NCBI RefSeq assembly: GCF_009914755.1
Contig: NC_060936.1
Direction: 5' to 3' (one strand)
Length of the DNA stretch: 64,000 nt
From: the human T2T-CHM13v2.0 reference genome, Homo sapiens
The position numbers and the translations under genes were made by a program. The notes under the pieces are model-generated. The model had not been told where the DNA came from. It made no database searches and worked only from the letters and a program-made list of their open reading frames with translations. Of this stretch, positions 54,191-64,000 are shown one piece after another; the stretch's first letter is position 1, and every line of letters starts with the position of its first letter.

Positions 54191-54954
54191 ACTCTTCTAT
54201 CTGTTGGTCTAATTAGCATTCTTGGCTGCAAACCACAAAGCCCAATTTAGCTGGTTTAATTCAAATATATATTTGTTAAAAGATATGGAGTGACTCACAG
54301 AATCCCTAGGAGGCCTGTAGAGTCAAGCTTATAGTGTACGGAATCAAGAATAATATCTAAAGCACACACTATGATGACTGCCCCAGTAAAAACTGCCATT
54401 CCTTTCTTGGCACCAACATCGCAGCTCATGTGAACATTGCAGTTCTCACCAGTGACACTGGGAACCAGATATAAAGATTGCTCACCATAAAATCTGGACA
54501 CCTTTATCTCCACCATACCAGATGATAGATAACTATGCAAGCCTATTTTTATGCTGGGAGTGTCTGAATGGTGGAGCCTAGGCTAAATACATAACTGGAA
54601 GAGAGGCTGGAAAAATGAATCTAACTTGCCTTTTGGCAAGATAGAGCTCATGTGTGGGAAATTCTCTAAATAGAGGAAAATTTTCCAAATGATGCTAAGT
54701 GGCCAATACCATGGGAAAGAATCTACTACATTAAATATCCATCTGTCTATATATCATCTTACTATTATCCATCTATCCATCCACATATTTTTTTTTCATC
54801 TCTTGGGGACAGAAACTATGCCTTATTCATCAACTTATCTCCAGAATTTAATCCAGATCCACATTATACATAGTCAGCACACAACTGAAATTCAGGAAGC
54901 ACTTGACTCTTCCACCAGCAATTCCTTTCCTTCTAAATCCTACCCTGTGTCTTT

Positions 54955-55445
54955 TCATTTTTATTTTCCAAAATTGGCATATAACAATTGTACATATTTA
55001 TGGGATACAATGTGATGTCATGACACGTGTATACATTGTGTAATGATCAAATCAGGGTACTGAGCATATCCATCCTATCACTTATTATTCCTTTTGTACA
55101 GGTTAACCAACTTCTCCCTATCCCCTTTCCCTCTACTTTCCCCAGTCTTAGGTAACCCCTATTCTATGTACTACTTCTATGAGGTCAACTTTTTTAGATT
55201 CCACATATGAGTGAGATCATGTATATTAGCCTTTCTGTGTCTGGTTTATTTCACTTAACAAGATGTCATCCAGGTTCACCCATGTTGTCACGAATGACAG
55301 GATTTTATTCTTTTATTCTTTTTTATGGCCGAATAGTATTCCATTGTGTATGTATACCATATTTCCTTTATCCATTCATCCATTGTTGGACATTTAGGTT
55401 GATTCCATATCTTGGGTATTGTGTATAGTGCTGCAATAAACATGG
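54955..55445 (-). mobile_element. L1MA 3' end
   Basis: ttgtacatatttatgggatacaatgtgatg...tttttagattccacatatgagtgagatcatg...gtgctgcaataaacatgg. Confidence 0.88.
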
Positions 55446-56398
55446 TGTCCTAGATCTTAAAACTTCCAAACTGCTGTCTCTTCTAAGAAGCTTCTCCAAC
55501 TCTGAATTTTCCTACCTCCCATTAGAATTAATCTCTCCCTTTTCTCTACTTCCAATAATTAATGTACATCACCATTCTAGTATCAATTGTGTGCCTTTTA
55601 AATTATCTATATGCAAGTATTTTTTTAACTAGATTCTGATTTTATGTCTTAACAACGATAAAAACTCACATTTGCACAGGGATTTATAGCTACAAAGAAT
55701 TTTCACAAAATCTACATTTTATTTAATTCTGCCAGTGACACCATGGGGTAGGTTTAATTGTCATCTCTTTTGTATGAATCACAGAATGGTTGCCTGGAGA
55801 GCTAATGTCAACTGTTAACGGTCACAAGGATACATAGAGTGCCGAACTAAGCATTAGGCTGTAACTTTCAGCCTTTAGGACCTGAGCTTTTTTGTGTAAT
55901 TGTTTGGAAAGGCTAAGCTTTGTTGCTGTATCAGGCTAATCTAAAAATCTCTGAGACTTAAGAGAATAAAATTTTATTTCTTGTTCATTTAATTAACCAA
56001 CTTGCCCTAGTTTTCCTGGTTTTAGCATTGAAAATCCTGAGACCCAGGGACTCCCTCCATTCTGAACATGCAAACCAGGATGGTTAGTCACTCTGCTCAT
56101 TCAGTGATAATGTAAACTTGGCATCCATTCACCATTTCATAGCTATGACTTCTGGAACACAGGGCCTCTGAGATCATGCCAGGAGAAGAGAGAATGAGAG
56201 AGCCACAGGCAATCTTTTTAGGGGCTAGGTATGAAAACGGCTTACATCACTTCCGCTCACCTTCCATTGGCTCCTACCTAACTGCAAGGGAAGCTGGTAA
56301 ACATAGACTTCCTGTGTGTACCGGAAGAGGAAATGACATGAACAGACAGCTTTGTAATCGGCTTCACCACTCTGATCTCTCTCATCTTGGTATCTCCT

Positions 56399-56765
56399 TG
56401 TCTTAGTGTGTTCGGGCTTCTCACACAAAAATCCCTTAAGCTGAGTGGCTTATAGGCAATGGACATTGATCTCTCACGGTTCTGGAGGTGAGAATGTACA
56501 AGATCAACATGACAGCAAACTCAGTGTTTGGTGAGGGCCCACTTCTTGACTCATATATGGCATCTTCTCACCCCGTCCTCAAACAGCAGAAGGGGCAAGG
56601 GAGCTCCCTGAGGTCTCCTTATAAAAGCACTAATCCCATTCATGAGTGCTCTGCTTTCATGACCTAATCACCCACAAAGGCCCCTCCTCCTCATACCATC
56701 ACCTTGAGGGTTAGGATTTCAACGTATGAATTCTGGAGGTGGACACAAACCTTCAGTCTATAGCA
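56399..56765 (-). mobile_element. MLT1A/A0 MaLR solo LTR
   Basis: tgtcttagt...ctcacggttctggagg...gcactaatcccattcatgag...cagtctatagca; TSD ctcct/ttcct. Confidence 0.87.
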
Positions 56766-57371
56766 TTCCTGTGGGTTCCAATATGGCCTTTTGTAATCTG
56801 GGGGGCAAGAACTGTTCTTATTAAATACAACTTACGTTGTGTTTTGCTTTAATAATCAGCAGTTCACATTCTTTTAAAAAAACCCAGAAAATACAGATAA
56901 AGAATGAGAATAAAAATAAAAATTATCCCAAATCCGACCATTACTAATATATGTTAATATTTTTGTGTATTATTTTTGTGGTTTTTCTACATATGTAGCA
57001 AGCATTCATTTTTTCCACAGAAGTATCACAGTGTATTTACTATTTTATGTCCGGTTTTCCTACCACCTGTAAGATTTTAAGAATAACTTTCCATGGTTAT
57101 GTATACACTCTTTAATGGTGGAACAGTATTCTATTTTATAGATGTACTTCAATTTGTTAAAGCAATCTCAGTTTGAGGGGCACTCTAGTGTAATGGCTAT
57201 GAGCACAAGGTTTCATTTGGGTTCAAATGCCAGTTTCAACACCATTCTTAGACCTGGGTAAAAGGAATCCCTGCTTTGGATGGACCCATGCTCCAGTGTT
57301 TACTGATTTCCCTTGAGATATCAGTATGCCACTCTGGCCCTCCTCCTGCCCCATCTCTTCCCATGAGGTGA

Positions 57372-57690
<319 letters not shown>

Positions 57691-58174
57691 AGACATGCAC
57701 CTTTTTTTAAGAACCCATGCCCTCTTCTAAATCACATTCCAGATACCTGGGACACAATAATTTCCTGCTTTTGCAGCCCTAAATCTGCATCTAGGGTTGG
57801 TCCTGGCTTTTCTCTGGGCTCCCTGAGGATGATGAGATTTCCGGTGTATGTACCCTCAGACCTAAGGGGAGGTGAGGAGGCCACTGTTTAGGTGGAGGGG
57901 TCTCAATGGAGCTTCAATGTGCTTGTTGGCATGTCCACACACATCTGCATGTGTCTTCTGACAGCGTGGGATGAAACTGGGGGTGGGAAAAGAAAGGGGC
58001 CAGTTGTTGGCCATGGGCTGGTTCTCTCCACACCCCCACATCCGGGTAGAGTGAGTCAAGGAGTCTGAGGACTCAACATTCAGTCCTGGCCTCTCAAGTC
58101 ATTACAAAAGCATATTTATTCAGATGAGACAATGGAAAAAATATTATTTGACAGTTAATTAGCTTGATTTATGA

Positions 58175-58558
<384 letters not shown>

Positions 58559-59689
58559 TGAGCCTGCATGGCTCCATGTGCAGGCTGTGTGTAACTTTGA
58601 GCAAGTTGCTTAACCTTTCTGCGCTTCAGTTTTGTTAGCTCTAAATTGGTCAAAATAACAGCATCAAACTCATAGGATTATTTTCGGTATGAAATAAGCT
58701 AATTTAAGTAAAGTGCTTAAAATAGTGCTTGGTACATGGGAAACACTAAATATTTGACATGATAATTATTTTGGCTGTTATTATTGCCATTATTATTATT
58801 ATTATTATTTTATTTTTTTAAATATTAGATTGTTCCCAGTCTTTGCAAACCTGAACAATAATTCAGTGAACACCATTTTAAATGAATATCTGTACGCATT
58901 CATAATCATTTCTTTAGAAAAAAACATTTGTTAGGAAATTTTAGGGTCAAGGAGGGTGCACATTTTAAAGTCTTTCGATATGTTAATGAGCTGCTTCTAG
59001 AATTAAATTGGTTGAACGTATTATTCATTAGCTTTAATTCCCTGACCGTTGAGGGTTTGGGCACTAAATTATCCAGGTTGTTAGTGACATTTCAAACTTA
59101 AACTCTTAGTGGGAGAATGAAAGAAAAGCTGGATTAACCCGAACAAAAACTAATTAATAGCGGTCCGCTTAGTCCAGGAAATCAAAAAGCATATAATGAA
59201 GTCAAATGCAAATCTCAGAAGTTCTTCAGTTAACTGTTGACTGTGTTCAGTGTAGAAGAGATTCTTTAGATCTTTTCCTTTCCTTGGGAAAGGCTGTGGC
59301 TGCAAGATTTTATCCCACCTCCCCCTCCCAGTCCTAGCTTGCCTCATTCACCTTCCAGCACAAGGGTTTTCATCCAGCGCCTGGAGGAGTTCTGCCTTCA
59401 CTTCACTCATCTTTCCCTTGAGAAATCAATACGCTCCTGTGACTTACTGTCAGCCTTTGGCAGCTGGAGATTCAGAGAGGTGGCTGCATACAGCAGGTGG
59501 AGTTTTGGGGCAGGTGTTATTTCCTTTTGGAAATGAGCTCTGGAAAGGTGACAGAAACCAATGGAGTTGGATATGGGGTTTAGTTACTCCAGAAACCCCA
59601 GGAGGACAATATATCTCATGTATTTTCATCTGACTTTTGGGATGTCTAATTTCCACCTGTACCAAGTCTGGGGAAGAGGGACGACATGA

Positions 59690-60131
59690 ATAATGCATTG
59701 CTGTTGGCCCAGGCTCACTCTGTGGCCTTCTCCATTCTGCCCTGTGCCCACAAAACTGACCCGCATGGGTTACTTCAATGGGCTCCACTTCTCGCTGGCT
59801 CCCATTTGGGTTTGGCCAAAGGGAGGCACCCACTGGAGAGTGGAGAGAGGGAGGAAAGAGGCTGGGGTTCGTTCTTCCCTCCAGGTGGTGGGTTTGCAGT
59901 GGCTCCTTTTCTCTAAGGAAGGCAGGTCACATCTTCTGTCTTCACTCTCCTACAGCTTCAGCTTTCACCAGGTTCTGATGACCTTGCAGGCATAAGGGTG
60001 GTAGGTAGTGTGTTTCTGATTTTCCAGAAGGTTCCTCATCATTGCTAGCTCCTCTTAACTTTGTCCACGGCATTGTGAATAAACTCTCTCCTTTGGGGTG
60101 TGCTGATTATTGCCAGGGCTCTGTTTAAGAC
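59690..60131 (+). mobile_element. LTR16-like ERVL LTR
   Basis: Same motif order as the 31965 element (ctgccctgtgccc...ctgacc...tcaatgggct...ttggccaa...aataaactctc...gaca). Confidence 0.55.
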
Positions 60132-60370
60132 AAAAGCTCCATGGATTTGGCTAACTTCCAGAAGGGGTCATGCCTACGGCTGTCACAGCACAATCAAGGG
60201 GCAGTAGAATGTGGCAGTTAAGAGTCTGGGCCTTGGAATCCAAGTGGCTGAAGTCCTGGTTCTGTTACTTCAAAGTTTTGTGACCTTGTACATGTGATTT
60301 TGTCTCCCTAACCCTCAGTTTTCTCATCTCTAAAATGCAGTTAATAATAGTACCTATCTCCTTAGGTTGC

Positions 60371-60438
60371 TTTTTTTTTTTTTGAAACAGGGTCTTGCTC
60401 TGCCACCCAGGCTGGAGTGCAGTGGCACGATCACGGCT
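60371..60438 (-). mobile_element. Severely 5'-truncated Alu (J-like) inside a MIR
   Basis: T13 + gaaacagggtcttgctctgccacccaggctggagtgcagtggcacgatcacggct; TSD ggttgcttt. Confidence 0.85.
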
Positions 60439-61082
60439 GTCTGGGTTGCTTTGATGAAGCAATGAAATGGTACCTTTGAGTACCTGGCATATAGGAAGAA
60501 CCATTGGGGAAAGGTTTACCATTATTATTATATTACTATCTGTTTCATTTACGTATTGTTGCATAACCAACCACCTTAGAGCTCAGGGCCTGCGAGCCTG
60601 CCTGTGGGCCTGTTCTTTGGGCAGTATTTAGTGAGGCTGACTTGTCTCTGCTTCATATATTGTCTGGAATCTCCATGGAGGGGTCTGCCTTGGTGAGGAG
60701 TGGCTAGGCCAGCTGGGTGCCAGGTGGTCGTGTCCTCTCAATTGTTCCCTGGGTGGTCTCTCTAGCATGGCAGTTCCAGGGTGGTCAGACTTCATACATA
60801 GTGGTGTCCTGCCTCAAAGTGAGTGTTCCAAAGTCTGAGAAGAAACTCGAGGCTTCTTTTGATTAAGTGTCAGAAGTCAACATCCCTTTTACCACATTTT
60901 ATCAGTCAAACAAATCAATAGGGCCAGCATAGTCTCCAGTATAGAGGTATGAGAACTCACTTCTCTCCATAAAGGTAGAAGAATCTGTAGCCATTTACAT
61001 TATTCATTGAAGGGAGCAGTGTGGGTTGTTGTGTGCTACAAATTAAAAGGAAAATTTGGGGATTTTAAGCCTACTTTTAAAC

Positions 61083-61493
61083 TTTATTTTTTTCTTTCCT
61101 ACTTTTATTTTAGGCTCAAGGGTTATATGTGCAGGTTTGTTATATGGGTAAACTGTGTGTTACAGGGGTTTGGTGTACAGATAATCTTGTCACCCAGGTA
61201 ATGAGCAGAGTATCTGATAGGAAGTTTTTCAATCCTCACCCTCCATTCTCAAGTAAGCCCTGATGCCTATTGTTTCCTTCTTTGTGTCCATGTGTATTTG
61301 ATATTTAACTTCGTCTTATAAGAGAGAACAGGAAGTATTTGCCTTTCTGTGCCTACATTAATTCGCTTAGGATTATGGCCTCCAGCTCCATCTATGTTGC
61401 TGCAAAAGACATGATTTCATTCTTTATTATGGCTGCATAGTATTCCATGGTGTACATGTACCACATTTGCTTTATCCAGTGAACCATTGATGG
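61083..61493 (-). mobile_element. L1PA/PB 3' end with TSD
   Basis: atgtgcaggtttgttatatgggtaaa...atggctgcatagtattccatgg; TSD taagcYtacttttRaac at 61066 and 61494. Confidence 0.9.
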
Positions 61494-61902
61494 TAAGCTT
61501 ACTTTTGAACCCAATTCAAATTACTTTTATCAACAACAACAACAACAAAAAGATAATGGTGACTTATTGTCTCATGTAACTGAATAATACTCCTCTGAAG
61601 TGTTATTTGATCTAAGACTCATGGATTGACTAGGCTGCCTTTCTCTTCAACTCTCAGGCACACTCCATCCACATGACAGGCATGGTGGCCAGTGGAGAAC
61701 CACAGTTCACATTCTCCAGCTGAAAGCCACCATCTTTCCTATAGAAAAGTCCTGGGAAAGTCTGAACAATTTGCTTTCAGTTAAGTGTCCACTAGTGTGA
61801 TGGAGGTGTGAAGGGATTGTTGATCCCAGTCAAGTCACATGAAGTGGGTTGCCAGCAGAGAAGGTGGGCTCTGAGACCATCACAGGAAGGGAAATAAGGA
61901 AA

Positions 61903-63020
61903 CTGTGATAAAGACAAAACCAGTGTGGCCACAGTCTACCATAAACATCTCACACTCTGCTATTCTACACTGAATTCTGATGCTAACCACCAGCTGGTGT
62001 TAGCACCAAGTCCACAAGTGAAGGACACACTCCCCAGTAAGACTATACTCACTTCCGATGCTAGCCACAAGCTTGAGGGTGTCCAGGCCACTCACACTTC
62101 TGACCAACTGGCTGAAAATTCAAGAGTGCATGACTCTTGAAAGGGGCTGGATAATTTGCTAGAATGACTCAGAGAATACAGGAAATAACTATACCTAGAG
62201 TTATAGTTTTATTACAAAGGATACAAAATCAGGACTAGCCAAAAGGAGAGACACATAAGGCTGAGGTCTGGGAAGGTCCCGAACACAAAGCTTCCGTGCC
62301 TCTCCCCACGGAATCGGAGTACATCACCCTCTTGACACATCAGTGTTTTTGGTCATCAGGAAGCTCCATTAGTTTTGGTGTCTAGATTTTTTATTGGGGT
62401 TACATTGCATAGCAATGATGGATTGAATCATGGACCACATGGTCAAACCTGGTCTTCATCAGCCACCCCTCCCAGTGGTTAGGCTGTCTCGAAGCCTCAA
62501 ATGTCTAACTGTGTGATTAGTGTTTCTGGTTGACCAGCCCCCATCCTGAGTCACCTCATCTCTTACCATAAACTCAGGTATGGTCTGAGAGGCTCATGAG
62601 TAACAAAGACTCCTATTGCTCAGGAAATTCCAAAGATTTAGGGTTTCCCATTTAGAAACCAGAGACAAAGCCCAGCCAAATTCCTTCCTTTTTTTTTTTT
62701 TTTTTTTTTTTGAGATGTAGAGACAAGGTCTTGCTCTGTCATCCAGGCTGGAGTGCGATGGTACAATCATAGCTCATTGCAGCCTTGGACTCCTAGGCTC
62801 AAGCAATCCTCCTGCCCCAGCCTTCTGAGTACAGGCATGCACCACAATGCCTGGGAAATTTTTTTTTTTTTTTTTGTAGAGACAGAATCTCATTATGTTG
62901 CTCAGGCTGGTCTTTAACTTCTGGCCTGAAGCAATCCTCCTAACTTGGCCTCCCAAAGCACTGGGATTACAGGCACAAGCCACCACAGAGCCAGCCTCTC
63001 ACACTCTTTACTATGCCACA
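61903..63020 (-). mobile_element. MER21-family LTR interrupted by an Alu
   Basis: cacacttctgaccaactggct...gataatttgctagaatgactca...ttgctcaggaaattccaa. Confidence 0.7.
62689..62996 (-). mobile_element. AluJ
   Basis: atcatagctcattgcagccttggactcctaggctcaagcaatcctcc diagnostics; long T tail. Confidence 0.92.
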
Positions 63021-63791
63021 CAGGCATTGCTTCATGTGAAATATAAAATTCCCTTAATAAAGCATCATCACACCCACTTAGAAATGAAGACATTGTGGGT
63101 ATTCTGAGATAATACAAGAATTGAGCCCTTGTTTTCTTGAACCCATGTTTTTATTTAATTTTCTTTTCTTACTATACCCCAATACTTACCTCTAATGAGA
63201 AAGCTACTTTGTTGCAAATAACTGCCTCAGTCACCTCCATCTCTAACTGGCAAGTCCCAATTATTCTACACTAAAGGAATTATCAATTTTAGTGAGGGAA
63301 TTCCACTCCTTTTGTCTTGTGGAAGATTCTAGGAGTTAAAAGTTCTGAGTTGCAGTCCCAGGTCTGCACATTAGGTCAGTTGGATGCATCCCCTTACCTC
63401 TGGACTCAGTTTCTTCATCTGAAAAACAGCTAGCCTAGACTGACTGCCACAGAGGATCTTGTGAGCTCTGAAAGTTTCAGAACTCACTGCCGCTCAGCTT
63501 TGCAATGTGGAAATATCACTTGCCATTGGGATGGCCTGGGAAAATTAAGAATACTTTCCAACAGAGGAAATCTACACCCAGAAATTCCCTCTTTTATTTG
63601 TCCATTCACAAATATATTTTCAATACCTGTATGTGCCAGGCACCACATGAGATGCTGGAGATGTAGCAAAAGAAAGGCATATTTAGAGCCTATCTTTATG
63701 AATTTAAAGAATAATGAAATCAGACATTAATCCAATCATTCAAACATGATAGAGGAAGTAGGGTGTATGGGGCATAAGATAGGGAGAACTA

Positions 63792-64000
63792 GGCTGGGCG
63801 CGGAGGCTTACGCCTATAATCCCAGCACTTTGGGAGGCCGAGGAGGCAGATCACGAGGTCAGGAGATCGGGACCATCCTGGCTAACATGGTGAAACCCCG
63901 TCTCTACTAAAAATACAAAAAAGTAGCCGGGCATGTTGGCACGTGCCTGTGGTCCCAGCTACTTGGGAGGCTGAGGCAGGAGAATCGCTTGAACCCAGGA
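63792..64000 (+). mobile_element. Alu (Sc8/Y-like), cut by the window end
   Basis: ggctgggcgcgg...gatcacgaggtcaggagatcgggaccatcctggctaacatgg. Confidence 0.93.

Noticed and set aside
53419-54216. ORFs with IYLS repeats
   Set aside because: Translation of (TCTA)n microsatellites.

Overview
Primate, human-like non-coding genomic DNA (intergenic or deep intronic). No credible protein-coding gene, rRNA, tRNA or CRISPR array is present, and the supplied ORFs are L1 ORF2 remnants, Alu/LTR read-through or chance ORFs. The window is a mosaic of transposable elements: about 10 Alus (J, S and Y types), L1PA/PB/M fragments, many MIR and L2 relics, MaLR/ERVL/ERV1 LTRs (THE1C, MST, MLT1, LTR16, MER21, MER4) and hAT/Tigger DNA transposons (MER58A, MER20, MER2, Tigger3a). 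Family names were recognised by eye from remembered consensus sequences and need RepeatMasker/Dfam confirmation. I found no evidence of a new multi-gene system. The most interesting structures are: (1) an L1-processed retrocopy of a MER4 endogenous-retrovirus RNA at 23419-24162; (2) two locally templated insertions copied from 1.3-2.3 kb away into L1 3' ends (26782-26922 and 40497-40690), one with fold-back junctions; (3) a 33-bp minisatellite built on an inverted CCAAT pair (21796-22010); (4) an Alu+L1 unit sharing one candidate target-site duplication (TSD); (5) a recent 110-bp tandem duplication inside an old MLT1 LTR; (6) a perfect double-octamer palindrome in MER2.
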